Positions 34,738 to 49,700 of a stretch of DNA of 64,000 bases are shown here, piece after piece. The DNA is from Macrostomum hystrix (Eukaryota > Animalia > Platyhelminthes). Both the position numbers and the translations under genes were made by a program. How positions within the stretch are numbered: position 1 is the first letter of the stretch; each line of letters opens with the position of its first letter. The notes under the pieces were generated by a model. The model was not told the origin of the DNA, searched no databases, and worked only from the letters and a program-made list of their open reading frames with translations. Location of the stretch: contig CATNEN010000038.1 of assembly GCA_950097015.1 (NCBI GenBank), forward strand, positions 31,062,001-31,126,000. Reading direction: 5' to 3'.

Positions 34738-37700
34738 TTTCTCTCTCTCGCGGGCTTTGATGTACCTGAGTGCCACCTTGGCCGCGCTATTTCTGGCGAT
34801 GCGGTAGTTGCGGCCGACGCCGGCGAAACGGCCCTTGCCGATGATGTGCACCACGACGCGTATTGTGCCGCTGGCTGTGCGGGTCGGCCTCCTGGCGGCG
34901 ATTGGGGGCATCGGGATTATGATTGGGATTTCTTTGGGAGAGGTTTTGAGATAAATGGGATTGGTATTTTGGATTATCGGGATTGTGATTTTGGATTATT
35001 AGGATTGATTTTTGATTATTGGGATTGTGATTTTTGATTATTAGGATTGTGATTTTTTATTATTGGGATTGATTTTTTGGATTATTGGGATTGTGATTTT
35101 GGATTATTGGGATTGTGATTTTGGATTATTGGGATTGATTTTTTGGATTATTGGGATTGTGATTTTGGATTATTGGGATTGTGATTTTGGATTATTGGGA
35201 TTGATTTTTTGGATTATTGGGATTGTGATTTTGGATTATTGGGATTGTGATTTTGGATTATTGGGATTGATTTTTTGGATTATTGGGATTGTGATTTTTG
35301 ATTATTAGGATTGGGACTTTAGATTATCGGGATTGAGATTATGGATTTTTGCGATTGGGATTAGGGATTAGGAATTAACGGCCAATAGGAATTTCGACTA
35401 CTAGGGTTAATATTTAAGATTTTTGACTAATGGGATTAAGATTGAGAATGGGTTTGGGATCGGAATCTAGGATTCGGAATACATAGGTTGGGATTTGGCA
35501 TTGCTATTGGGGAAGCTAAGAAATTAATTAGCTGAAAATGAAGCTCACTCAAATTTGGTGCAGTCGGGTTCTGTTTCAAGTAGTTCTCGAACCAGAGACT
35601 TAGGAATCTCGGCCGTGTAGCACTCTGAAAGTTGAATTGGATCGGAGCAGTGAAGTGAAGCATGTCCACAAGTCCACAAGATTAGGAATCTGAGCGGATA
35701 GTAGGATATAGGATAAGCTTTGCCCAACTTACCGATCCGCTCCTTCAATAGCGGGTAGAACACTCGCCAGACTGTGTCCAGAGACATGCCGGAATCTAGG
35801 AATACAGCGCCGGCCACAGATTCAAAGATGTCGCCGAGACATTTCGGTATCTCTACGTCTTCGGGACGATCGTCGAAGTCCGCTTCCTGATTGGGCAGGT
35901 GAAGTGGGCGAGGGAGAAGTAGGCATATAATATGTGACTGACGGTTGGTGCCAGGGTGTAGTGAAAGAGTGGGTCACTATGCTACCAGTGGCTTAGGAAT
36001 CATTAATGGGTCAGAGTTGGGTCGAAATTGGGTCAGAGTTGGGTCAAAATTGGGTCAGAGTTGGGTCAAGAGTGGGTCAAGATTGGGTCTGGATTGGATC
36101 AAGATTGGGTCAGGAGTGGGTCAAGAGTGGGTCAAGAGTGGGTTAAGACTGGGTCAGGAGTGGTCAAGATTGGGTCTGGAGTGGGTCAAGAGTGGGTCAG
36201 CAGTAGGTCAAGAGTGGGTCAAGACTGGTCAGGAGTGGTCAAGATTAGGTCAAGATTGGGTCAAGAGTGGGTCAAGACTGGTCAGGAGTGGTCAAGATTG
36301 GGTCAAGATTGGGTCAGGAGTGGGTCAAGAGTGGGTCAGCAGTGGGTCAAGAGTGGGTCAAGACTGGGTCAGGAGTGGCCAAGATTGGGTCAAGAGTGGG
36401 TCAAGAGTAGGTCAGCAGTGGTTCAAGACTGGGTCAGGAGTGGCCAAGATTGAGTCAGGGCGGGTCATGAGTGAGTCATGGCAGGTCATGGTGGGTTAGG
36501 AGTGGGTCAGTGGTTGTGGAGGCAATAGAAAAAGCCAGCCTGAAGTCCCACCTGAGAGGTAACGAAGTCCAAATTGTCCTCTTTGTCGTCCTTCTGGAAC
36601 TGCACAAACTGGTCGATCAGGGCGTGCAGAGCCGGACTGACGCAGCGGAAATATTTGTGGAAGCCCCATTTGACAGCCAGGGCACCGAAGATGTCATTGT
36701 TGACTAGAGCCGAGCGAAGGTCGGTCAGGACAGCGGGCGAGTGACGACGGGAGTCATGGAAGAGGTACCTGCCAGTAGATAATGGGATTTTGTTACTTCG
36801 GAGTCGAAGACGATTAGATTTTAATTCCACTAATCTATCAGAACGATGTTTGCAGATCCGAGAACATCCCGCGGCTCGTCCGGTTCCTAAGGGCTACCAG
36901 ACGAGCCTCTTTCTTCCCCAGCGAGGAACAAGCTGCAGGAAGGACCGAACACGGACCTCCCTGACTGGCCCCGCGCCATCGGCCGACTGCGGGTCTTTCA
37001 GGGATTAGCGGAATGGGCGACTCCCGCCTCCCCGCTGTGTCCATCGGACCGCCTTGCGGATAAGTCAAGTAAGTCAATCTATCAGAATGGGATTTCAAAT
37101 CCATAGATTCATCAGAATGGGATTTCAAATCCATAGATTTATCAGAATGGGATTTCAAATCCATAGATTCATCAGAATGGGATTTCAAATCCAAAGATTC
37201 ATCAGAATGGGATTTCAAATCCATAGATTTATCAGAATGGGATTTCAAATCCATAGATTTATCAGAATGGGATTTCAAATCCATAGATTCATCAGAATGG
37301 GATTTTAAATCCATAGATTTATCAGAATGGGATTTTAAATCCATAGATTCATCAGAATGGGATTTCAAATCCATAGATTTATCAGAATGGGATTTTAAAT
37401 CCATAGATTTATCAGAATGGGATTTCAAATCCATAGATTTTTTGGAATGGGATTTACAATCTATAAAACTACCTGAATGGGATTTCCAATCTATAAAACT
37501 ACCTGAATGGGATTTCCAATCAATAAAACTACCTGAATGGGATTTCTAATCTACAAAACTACCAGAATGGGATTTCCAATCAATAAAACTACCTGAATGG
37601 GATTTCCAATAAATAAAACTACCTGAATGGGATTTCCAATAAATAAAACTACCTGAATGGGATTTCCAATCAATAAAACTACAATAGTAGGATTTATTAA

Positions 37701-40700
37701 CTACAAAACTACCAAAATGGGGTTTCTAATCTAAAAAGCTACTAGCATGGGATTCAAAATCCCAGCAAATTATTACCTGGTAACGACATAGTCCAGCACA
37801 GCGTCGCCCAGGAACTCGAGTCTCTGATAACAGTCAGTCAGCTCGTTTGAATAATCAGACGGATGCGTGAAGGCCTGCAGCAGGTAAGCCCGATTTTTAA
37901 ATCGATAACCAATCATCGCCTCGAATTCCTCGTAGCCCGTTAAACGTCGATTTAATTCAGCTTCGATATCGCACGCCGACATCAGGGCTGAAGCGCTGGA
38001 CAACACCGGATCTGGCGGAACCGGCCAAGTCACATCGTCGCCGGTGTCGACGACGCCGCCGAAATTGCCGACCGCGACGCCGAACCAGCGGCAGATTCTC
38101 AGAGCGGCCTGCTCATTGCACCTGACCAGGTAGCAGCCGATGATGGCTTCAACACTGTCTGCCAGGCACTTGTCTGTCAGGCTCTGTTCGAGCTGCAAAC
38201 AGCTGCTGCAGGCGCCTCCGCCACCGACCCCGATGCTGACTTTCGCCGATGAAGACAAGCTCGACTTGGCTTGCTGCCTGTTGCTGTTGCTGCCCTGTTG
38301 CTGACCTGCCAATTGACAGGTTAATGTGAAGCACTGGTACGTCCTTAGTAACTTCATCGTGGGGGATTTGTTTAAACTAGCGAGTCAAAAAAATATTTTG
38401 TGCGGGGAGATCTGGTAGGGGATTTTAGTGGATTTTGGGATTTCTAATAATGGGAGATCTGAAATGGGATTTTTTATGAGGGGAGATCTGAAATGGGATT
38501 TTTTTATGATGGGAGATCTGAAATGGGATTATTTTATGATGGGAGATCTGAAATGGGATTTTTGATGTGGGTAGATCTGAAATGGGATTTTTTTATGATG
38601 GGAGATCTGAAATGGGATTATTTGATGAGGGGAGATCTGAAATGGGATTTTTGATGTGGGTAGATCTGGAATGGGATTATTTTATGATGGGAGATCTGAA
38701 ATGGGATTATTTTATGATGGGAGATCTGGAATGGGATTATTTTATGATGGGAGATCTGAAATGGGATTATTTTATGATGGGAGATCTGAAATGGGATTTT
38801 TGATGTGGGTAGATCTGGAATGGGATTATTTTATGATGGGAGATCTGAAATGGGATTATTTTATGATGGGAGATCTGAAATGGGATTTTTTTATGATGGG
38901 AGATCTGAAATGGGATTATTTTATGATGGGAGATCTGAAATGGGATTTTTTGATAAGGAGAGATCAAAAGTGTGTTTCACTCGAGAAATACATTTTTGTA
39001 GAAAATGGTTTTTTGAATGGCTTTATGAATGAGAGTTCGGTAGGTCGCTGAAGAAACTATTTAAACTGTCAAATAAAAAAGAATAAATTAAAGACCTTAC
39101 CTCCGCCAGATTTTCCTTTGTTTCGTTTCTTTCCACCGCCGCTTCGCTTCTTCGATGCTGGCTTGGCACTAGCAGCAGAAGCAGCAGCAGCAGCAGGGGA
39201 GCCAGGAGACGGAGGAGTCGAGGCCGGTGCGACTGAGTCCACAGAACTCTTCTGCTGCTGTTTAATAACTAGTCCGGGCGGCAGCCAGTTGTCTCTCGGC
39301 TCAAATTTGCAGGCTACAATCAGCTTGCCGAGTCCCTTGGCTAAGGCGCACAGGTAGAGATTAGAATTGCTCACCTGCCGGCTTCTCAGCTGAGTCAGGC
39401 CGCCCTCGTGCAGGCCAGGATTGGCGCAGTACAGGCTGATTGTGACTGCGAATTTTAGCAGCGAATCGCCAACCTGCGGGTTTCAGCAATTGGGTTCGGC
39501 TCCGTGCTTCGATTCTACTCGTAGCTGCGATTCTTGCTTCGATTCTAGCTGTGATTCTTGCTTCGATTCTAGCTGCGATTCTTGCTTCGATTCTAGCTGC
39601 GATTTTCGCTTCGATTCTAGCTGCGATTTTCGCTTCGATTCTAGCTGCGATTTTTGCTTCGATTCTAGCTGCGATTCTTGCTCCGATTCTAGCTCCGATT
39701 CTTGCTCCGATTCTAGCTGTGTTTCTTGCTACGATTCCAGCTGTGTTTCTTGCTACGATTCTAGCTGTGTTTCTTGCTACGATTCTAGCTGCGTTTCTTG
39801 CTACGATTCTAGCTGTGTTACTTGCTACGATTCCAGCTATGTTTCTTGCTACGATTCTAGCTGTGTTTCTTGCTACGATTCCAGCTATGTTTCTTGCTAC
39901 GATTCTAGCTGTGTTTCTTGCTACGATTCCAGCTGCGTTTCTTGCTTCGATTCTAGCGCTTTTTTGCCACGGTTATGGCTTCGATTCTCACCGCATTTCT
40001 TGCTATAAAAGCTATAAGTATAAAGCTATAAAACAATCTACGAAGAAAAATAATTGGTGCAAATATTCGTCACTCACAGTCTCCAAGCGCTCCAGGTTCA
40101 TCAGATCACCGGCATTCGATGCCGTCAGGCACTGCAGTACATCGGCAGCGTTTGGCAGCCAAGTGTCAGCCAGGGACACCCTCGGAAAGAATGTCACCAT
40201 CTCTTCGAAACTGTCCGTCGACTCGGCGTCGTCGTCTTCGTAGGCCTCGCCCGGCCCAGCCTCGCCCAATAGAGGATCGTCATCATCTCCGCCTGTTCCG
40301 TCCGATTGGAACACCCCGAAATCTGCGTCTCCGTCGACTCTTTCGCCATTGTTCGCATTGGCAGTGTCGCGCTCGCTACTAATAGTAGTTGTGTCTGCGA
40401 TTAGCTTACCGTCAGCGCCGCCAGAACCGGCTGGGAGTAGCGGGCAGTAGGCTAGCTTCTCGGCAGCTGAAGAAGCCGATGATTCGGCATTGACGCCGAC
40501 GCCGGTCGATGCGGCTATCTGCTGACGAAGCGATTCAGCTAGCAGCAGATGATTGAGACGGTACAGGGCGGATGGCAGGCAGCAGGCTTGACGCCACACG
40601 GACGCTGGGACAACATGGCGATAGCAAAGCTCCGGTATGAATAACTGCTTCTGCTGTTCGTCTTTTAGGCAGCGGACATTGCTGGCTGGCTCAGACTGCT

Positions 40701-43700
40701 GCTGCTGCTTTGCTCGAGTACCCATAGGCCTACCGTCGGTGTCTAGAAATCTAGGATGTTGGCAGGATAATCTAGGTAAGGTTTTATTAAACTAACCTTA
40801 ATCTTGTATTTAATCTAATCAGCACCTGTCCCTAATCTCGCTCAAATCCTGACTCAAATCTCACCTTATCCCTTAGATTCAAAGTTATGATCGAGAGGTC
40901 GGGGGTTCGAATTTCAGGCCGAGGGAAACGGACTGTGCCCCTGAGCACACACTTGTGTAGCACAAAAAATGTCAGACCCCCTTGGCAGCTATACTGTTAA
41001 TTCTTGGCGCTATGGAACACTTCGAAACAAAATAAATTTTCTCATCTATAACGACATCAAACATACCTGGGCGTGAGCACATTATAACGCGAGCTGCTCT
41101 GCTCAACATCTAGCAAAGGTTGTTCGCGCGTTGTCAAGCGAATATTGTACTTCTTCAGGTAGTATTCTTCGAAGCTTTCGTAGGCGCTGGTTGGGAATGG
41201 CGAGGCCGGTGTTAGATCCCAGCGAACCTGTCAGTTTTTGGGCTTGCTCATGTCAGTGAGAAAGCAACTAAATCACAGATCCTGTCTGTGACCATGTTTT
41301 TGTCTTTAGTCTTATCACATCACCATTGACTAATCTCACTCTATTACGGTCTCGAATTTCATACTTAAATCTGCGTCTCTAACCTCAGCCATAATAATAA
41401 TAATTGCAGGAGGGCCGCGGGCGATGGCACATCAATTGATCAACATCTGCCCTGACTTTCTCATTGGAGGTTGGCCCCTTAAGGGCGAAAATTGCACGAC
41501 AAGCCCCAAAGCCTTCTCTCCGCGGCAGCACCACAAATAAATGTGGCCTTGACGTCGAATCGAGCTCATGGACCTTGATGCGAGAGGCAAACGCGTTGAC
41601 CGCTCTGCCACCGAACCCCCTAATCTCTACCTTATTCTTGACTAAAGTTTGACCCCATTATTGACACAAATCTGACTCCATTCCTGTCTCAAATCTCATT
41701 CCATTCCTGTCTCAAATCTCACCCCATTCCTGTCTCAAATCTCATTCCATTCCTGTCTCAAATCTCATTCCATTCCTGTCTCAAATCTCATTCCAGTCCT
41801 GTCTCAAATCTCACCCCATTCCTGACTCAAATCTCATTCCATTCCTGTCTCAAATCTCATTCCATTCCTGTCTCAAATCTCACCCCATTGCTGACTCAAA
41901 TCTCACCCCATTCCTGACTCAAATCTCACCCTAATCCTCACTCAAATCTCACCCATTCCTGACTCAAATCTCACCTTATTCCTCACTCAAATCTCACCCA
42001 TTCCTGACTCAAATCTCACCCTATTCCTCACTCAAATCTCACCCTATTCTTGACTCAAATCTCACCCCATTCCTGTCTCAACTCTCATCCTATTTATGAC
42101 TCAAATCTCACCCCATTCCTGTCTCAAATCTCAACCCATTCCTGACTCAAATCTCACCCCATTCCTGTCTCAAATCTCATCCCATTCCTGACTCAAATCT
42201 CATTCCAGTCCTGTCTCAAATCTCACCCCATTCCTGACTCAAATCTCATTCCATTCCTGACTCAAATCTCACCCTATTCCTGTCTCAAATCTCATCCCAT
42301 TCCTGACTCAAATCTCATTCCATTCCTGTCTCAAATCTCACCCCATTCCTGACTCAAATCTCACCCCATTCCTGACTCAAATCTCACCCCATTCCTGTCT
42401 CAAATCTCACCCCATTCCTGACTCAAATCTCACCCTATTCCTCACTCAAATCTCACCCCATTCCTGACTCAAATCTCACCCCATTCCTGACTCAAATCTC
42501 ACCCCATTCCTGACTCAAATCTCATCCCATTCCTGACTCAACTCTCATCCTATTTATGAATCAAATCTCACCCTATTTATGAGTTAAGTCAATTCAAGTA
42601 AAATTTACCTGGCTGACAAAGTAAAACTGCGGCTGATCAAAATTTCTATACGACGGCACAATGACGCAATCGTTGAAATCTTCAACCCGAAATTTAAACG
42701 GCTTCTCTGGTCGAATCTCGCATGGCGGAGGCGCGTCAGAGGCCGCGTCGGACACCGAGGAGGTCACAACGCGTTTAATCAGATCCCAATCTAGCTGCCA
42801 GTTTGAGCACTCCTCAGTGTTCTCACCGGCGCACTCGGCAACTGGACAGCGAATAAGGAGGCTCACCAACGGTGTGAATGGCGACAAATCAAAGTTGGCC
42901 AGCATGCTGACCTCTTTTTCTAATCGAAGCACGCGTTGAAATAGGATCCGGTGAAACTGCAGCAGCAGGTCGCGTTGGTCTGAGGTGAGAACCAGGGAAT
43001 CAGACACCAGTGGAAAGTCTACATCCGTCTGGAATTGGAAATTTAAGCACTTTTGAAATTTGAGTTAAGCTCACCCAGCAATTGTTCATCTCATCTGGTT
43101 TCTTGTTATCTTATCCAGCCTGTGTTTATTTTTATCTGGATTGTGCTTATTTCACCCGGTTTGTGTTTATTTTCAACTGGATTGTGTTTATTTTCAACTG
43201 GATTGTGTTTATTTTCAACTGGAATTTGTTTATTTCACCCGGTTTGTGTTTATTTTCAACTGGAATTTGTTTATTTCACCTGGTTTGCGTTTATTTTCAA
43301 CTGGATTGTGTTTATTTTCAACTGGATTGTGTTTATTTTCATCCAGCTTGTGTTTATTTTTAACTAGATTGTGTTTATTTCATCCAGCTTGTGTTTATTT
43401 TCAACTGGATTGTGTTTACTTCATCCAGTTTGTGTTTATGTCGGATTGCTTATAAATAAATTGCTAATGAATACACACGTTTCCCCTTACTGCCACTGTT
43501 TATCTCCTCAGGTTTGTGTTTATCTCCTCCGGTTTGTGTTTATCTTCTCCGGTTTGTGTTTATCTCCTCAGGTTTGTGTTTATCTCCTCCGGTTTGTGTT
43601 TATCTCCTCCGGTTTGTGTTTATCTCCTCCGGTTTGTGTTTATCTCCTCCGGTTTGTGTTTATCTCATCAGAATCTCATTTTGTGAAAATCAACACAATT

Positions 43701-46700
43701 GCTGATTACAAAGTGCTTAACCTAAAAGTACAACAGCACCCGCAGTACCCTGGCATCACTCACTTCTCCCTGTCTGGGATAAAGGCAGAACAGCGGCAGG
43801 CCGGCGGGCAGAGGATCGCGCAGGATCAGACCAAACGATCGATCATTCGGCGCAGACTTGGCCGCATCGTCGGCTGCGGCCACCTCAGCTGATGGCATTG
43901 CCCAGACATGCTCGGGTCTCAGCCGGATCCTGTACAGTCGGCAGGCTTCGTTTGCAGCCGGAACCCCGGAGGTCAGCTGGGCAGCCAGTTGTTTCGGATA
44001 AACCTGACGACGCTTGGAGCCGCCGATAGCTACTGCAGCCATGCCACCGGGCCCTGGCAACATCAGCGACGCGGCTGCGGCGTCCCCAACTAGAGGCGAA
44101 GCTGACAGGCTCTGTTGAGCGTGATTTACCAGCTCCTCCTTGCTGAATGGCTTCAGGCTCGAGTCCAGCTGGCCAGCCGAGTGCAGCGCCCGGACGCAGG
44201 CCAACGCGGCGTTGGCCTTGGCGGCCTGAACTGTTGAACGCCAGGAGCCGACAGAGGACTGCCGAACCGGCGAGTTCATGGGCAGCCGGAGCTCGCACCT
44301 GCAGTTTGGAAGTAGATTCCCAGCAATGTAACTGGCTCTGAAAACTCATTTTACCTCAAGTCTATCCCACTGATCCCCATTTATCCCAGATCTATTTTGC
44401 TGATCCCCATTTATCCCAGATCTATCTCACTGATCCTCATTTATCCAAGATCTGTCTCACTGATCCTCATTTATCCCAGATCTGTCTCACTGATCCCCAT
44501 TTATCCAAGATCTGTCCTACTGATCCCCATTTATCTCAGATCTGTCTCACTGATCCCCATTTATCTCAGATCTGTCTCATTGATCCCCATTTATCCCAGA
44601 TCTGTCTCACTGATCCCCATTTATCACAGATCTGTCTCACTAATCCCTATTTATCCTAGATCTGTCTCACTGATCCCTATTTATCCCAGATCTGTCTCAC
44701 TGATCCCCATTTATCTCAGATCTGTCTCACTGATCCCAATTTTATCCCAGATCTGTCTCACTGATCCCCATTTATCCTAGATCTGTCCTACTGATCCCCA
44801 TTTATCCCAGATCTGTCTCACTGATCCCCATTTTTCTCAGATCTGTCTCACTGATCCCCATTTATCTCAGATCTGTCTCACTGATCCCCATTTATCCCAG
44901 ATCTGTCTCACTGATCCCTATTTATCCAAGTTCTGCCTCACTGATCCCCATTTATCACTAAATCTACTGATCTAAATACATTCCAAAACTCACAAACCCA
45001 CTCACCTGTAGGCCGCAGCCTGGCCAGGTCGAGTCTCTATTCGCCAAAGCGGCACCAGGCTGGCGAACACATCCGATGGCAGTCGGGCGCAGTAGCGATT
45101 CACAATGGGAATAGCGGCATCGGCTGTCACTGATGGACCCGAAGGACCGAACGGGGCAAAGATTTCCGCATTATCAAATTGAGCAGACTCAAATTGGCTC
45201 GTGTCAGTCACCACGGCACCGCCGCTGCGTAGCAACAGCTCCTCGGTAGCTTTAAATGCGCCGTGACTAGCAATGAATGTCGAGTCTAACGGTGTCACAA
45301 TGGTGGCGTATGTGGAATTAAACGACCTAGCCCGATTCTTGGAATGAAAATAGGAATTAAAAGTGCGCGGCGGATTGAACCGAACAACCAGATTGCATTT
45401 TGGCAGGTCGCCGCGACTTTCCATAGCTTCCGTCACTACTAGGAGGTTGGCTTCGCCCTGCGGTGACAGGAAATGAGAAAGGACTCGAAAATCAGCGGTC
45501 TGCATTTGCCTGTCATTATGATCACGGAGCAGTATAATTCTGCCTGTTTTTGCGTCTGTTGAATCTGTAACTCTGCCTGTTTTTGTGTCTGTTGAATCTG
45601 TAACTCTGCCTGTTTTCTGTGTCTGTTGAATCTGTAACTCTGCCTGTTTTTGTGTCTGTTGAATCTGTAACTCTGCCTGTTTTTGTGTCTGTTGAATCTG
45701 TAACTCTGCCTGTTTTTGTGTCTGTTGAATCTGTAACTCTGCCTGTTTTTGTGTCTGTTGAATCTGTAACTCTGCCTGTTTTTGTGTCTGTTGAATCTGT
45801 AACTCTGCCTGTTTTTGTGTCTGTTGAATCTGTAACTCTGCCTGTTTTTGTGTCTGTTGAATCTGTAACTCTGCCTGTTTTTGCGTCTGTTGAATCTGTA
45901 ACTCTGCCTGTTTTTGTGTCTGTTGAATCTGTAACTCTGCCTGTTTTTGTGTCTGTTGAATCTGTAACTCTGCCTGTTTTTGTGTCTGTTGAATCTGTAA
46001 TTGTGTCTGTTTTTCTGTCTTTTTTGTGTCTGTCGATTCTGTTTTCCATCTGCTGAAGTCTGTAACTCAATCTGTAATGCATCTGTTGAAGTCTGTTATT
46101 CAGTCTGTAATGCATCTGTTGAAGTCTGTTATTCAGTCTGTAATGCATCTGTTGAAGTCTGTTATTCAGTCTGTAATGCATCTGTTGAAGTCTGTTATTC
46201 AGTCTGTAATGCATCTGTTCAAGTCTGTAAATTAGTCTGTAATGCATCTAAGTCATCTAAATCAAAAGTCCAATTTTGCATCTAACAAACCTGTCTAAAC
46301 TTCTTGAGATAATCCGTAATCCTCTGCTGCTTAGGCCGGGTCACAAGCGAGAACATGTACGCAGGCTTAATAAAGAAGAAATCCGGATCCCAAATGCACA
46401 CTTCGTCTAACAGTTTACAGAGGCCGTAGGCTGTAAAACAATCTTTAACAAACACCAGCGCGCTTAGCCGCTCTGTTGGCTCCTCCGATGGGCACTTTGG
46501 CACCACCTTGTAGGGCAGACAGTTGGCATTGTTCAGCTCGGTGATTTCGACACCACCGCCGATGCTACGACCGATGCTATCGCCGTTCAAATCGTCGTCA
46601 TCGTCGGAGTCAGTGGACGCGGCGTCGCTCAGATCGACTAATTCGCTATTGCCGGCCGGTTTAATGCGAACGGCGCTGTTTCCATAGCAACCATCGCCGT

Positions 46701-49700
46701 CGCCTCCAAAGGAGTCGCTGATGAATTCTATGCTGAATTCGGTGCGCGGACGAAATCTGCCCAGCAGGTCCAGCAGCCGATGCACATTCGGTGGCACCAC
46801 GCGACGAAAGTCTTCTACGTCAATGAATTCTTCTTGCACAGCGTGGAATCGCTTCTGCAGCACGGCTAGCTGGGTGACGGTGGAGCGAACCAGACACCGG
46901 GCCAACTGGTCACAATCGGCCAAGAGCTCCTGCTCCAAACTCACCTGACAGTCACAAATGAGGATAAGGATGGTTCGAGTCCCAAACTGATGAGGATCTG
47001 GGAGATTCGAGTCCCAGTCTGATGAGGATCTGTGAGATTCGAATCCCAGTTTGATGAGGATCTGGGAGATTCGAGTCCCAGTCTGATGAGGATTTGTGAG
47101 ATTCGAATCCCAGTCTGATGAGGATCTGGGAGATTCGAATCCCAGTCTGATGAGGATCTGTGAGATTCGAATCCCAGTTTGATGAGGATCTGGGAGAATC
47201 GAGTCCCATTACGATGAGGATCTGTGAGATTCGAGTTCTAGACTGATGAGAATCTGTGAGATTCGAATTCCAGTTTGATGAGGATCTGAGAGATTCGAGT
47301 CCCAGTCTGATAAGTAGGCTCTGGTGTCTAACAAAGCATAGCCAACTCACCAAGTGCTTGAGGCAGACCCTGGCAATGACATTGCAGCCCCAAGGTCCCA
47401 GGTTATCCAGGCCATTCAGGCACTGGCGTAGGGCCTTGATGCAGAACTGCTTGGCCTCGGGACACTTTGGCGGTGAGACTGTGAACTCCTCACTGAGATC
47501 CAGCAGCCAGTCTAGGTGGGATTGAATGAGCTCCCTCAGGCCACTGTACAATCCGAATGCGTCATCGGGCGCTGGACAGTCCAGCAGCTCTTCGTCTGGT
47601 TGGCCGCCGTGAATCAAAGCCGACAGCACGTCCGAGGCGAATGTGACGGAACAGTTGAAAGTGGCCTTCAGGCCTGCTATGAGATCCGACAGGCAGGGAC
47701 CCTGCAGTGGTCAATGGATTGGATGACTGTGAAATGAGGATTTAGGATTCAAGGATTCTCAAAATTAGGATTTGGGATTCTAGGATGCTTAAACTGAGTA
47801 TTCTGGGATTATAGGATGCACAAGTTAAGGATTTTAAATTCTAGGATGCTCAAATTAGAAACATAGGGACGGTATAATGAGGATTAAGGATTCAAGGATT
47901 CTCAAAATGAGGATTTGAGATTCTAGGATGCTTAAACTGAGAGGATTTGGGATTCTAGGATGCTTAAACTGAGAGGATTTGGGATTCTAGGATGCTTAAA
48001 CTGAGAGGATTTGGGATTCTAGGATGCTTAAACTGAGAGGATTTGGGATTCTAGGATGCTTAAACTGAGAGGATTTGGGATTCTAGGATGCTTAAACTGA
48101 GAGGATTTGGGATTCTAGGATGCTTAAACTGAGAGGATTTGGGATTCTAGGATGCTTAAACTGAGAGGATTTGGGATTCTAGAATGCTTAAGCTAAGAGG
48201 ATTTGGGATTCTAGGATGCTTAAACTGAGAGGATTTGGGGTTCTAGGATGCTTAAATTTTAGGAATTGGGATTCTAGGATGCCTTAATTAGCTAAAGACC
48301 TAGGATCTAACTAAGATGCTTTACATGAGAAGCCAGTTTCGAGCGGTAAGCTCACCTGAGCGCCGGTGAGTCCCTGCAACAGTTCAGCAGAGCTACCAAC
48401 AAACTGAACGGGCTGCAGTCTGTCCAGTAGGCCGCGTATCAAACGACCATCTGGACCTTCGCTATCAGCGTACAATTCCGCATTTTCCAGTACAACAAGT
48501 CGACTTCCCAACAATGAGCCATTGAAAGTTGACTTGTTAGGCTGCGAATCGCCTAGGCTGGCGTGCAATAGAGCAGGTGTTGTTACCAGAATTGAAGCAC
48601 GCGTTGAGCTGCTGCTGTTGCTGCATTGTTGAGTATGCTCAACTGCTGCCAGCCAGGGTAGATGACGGTTCAGTGTGGCCGCTATCGTCTGGCAGTGGCT
48701 CTCTGGTGAGCAAATGATAAATGTTCCGATGTACTTTTATTTATGAAGACACTTCATAAATAATAATACTTCATAAATCCCTAAGTTCCCCATGAACAGC
48801 CCTAGCAACTAAACTGAAGTTCCCAATGAACAGCCCTAGCAACCAAACTGAAGTTCCCCATGAACAGCCCTAGCAACTAAACTGAAGTTCCCCATGAACA
48901 GCCCTAGCAACCAAACTGAAGTTCCCCATGAACAGCCCTAGCAACCAAACTGAAGTTCCTCATGAACAGCCCTAGCAACTAAACTGAAGTTCCCCATGAA
49001 CAGTCCTTAGCAACCAAACTGAAGTTCCCCATGAACAGCCCTAGCAACTAAACTGAAGTTCCCCATGAACAGCCCTAGCAACCAAACTGAAGTTCCCCAT
49101 GAACAGCCCTAGCAACCAAACTGAAGTTCCCCATGAACAGCCCTAGCAACTAAACTGAAGTTCCCCATGAACAGTCCTTAGCAACCAAACTGAAGTTCCC
49201 CATGAACAGCCCTAGCAACTAAACTGAAGTTCCCCATGAACAGCCCTAGCAACCAAACTGAAGTTCCCCATGAACAGCCCTAGCAACCAAACTGAAGTTC
49301 CCCATGAACAGCCCTAGCAACTAAACTGAAGTTCCCCATGAACAGCCCTAGCAACTAAACTGAAGTTCCCCATGAACAGCCCTAGCAACCAAACTGAAGT
49401 TCCCCATGAACAGCCCTAGCAACCAAACTGAAGTTCCCCATGAACAGCCCTAGCAACCAAACTGAAGTTCCCCATGAACAACCCTAGCAACCAAACTGAA
49501 GTTCCCCATGAACAGCCCTAGCAACTAAACTGAAGTTCCCCATGAACAGCCCTAGCAACCAAACTGAAGTTCCCCATGAACAGCCCTAGCAACCAAACTG
49601 AAGTTCCTCATGAACAGCCCTAGCAACCAAACTGAAGTTCCTCATGAACAGCCCTAGCAACCAAACTGAAGTTCCCCATGAACAGCCCTAGCAACCAAAC

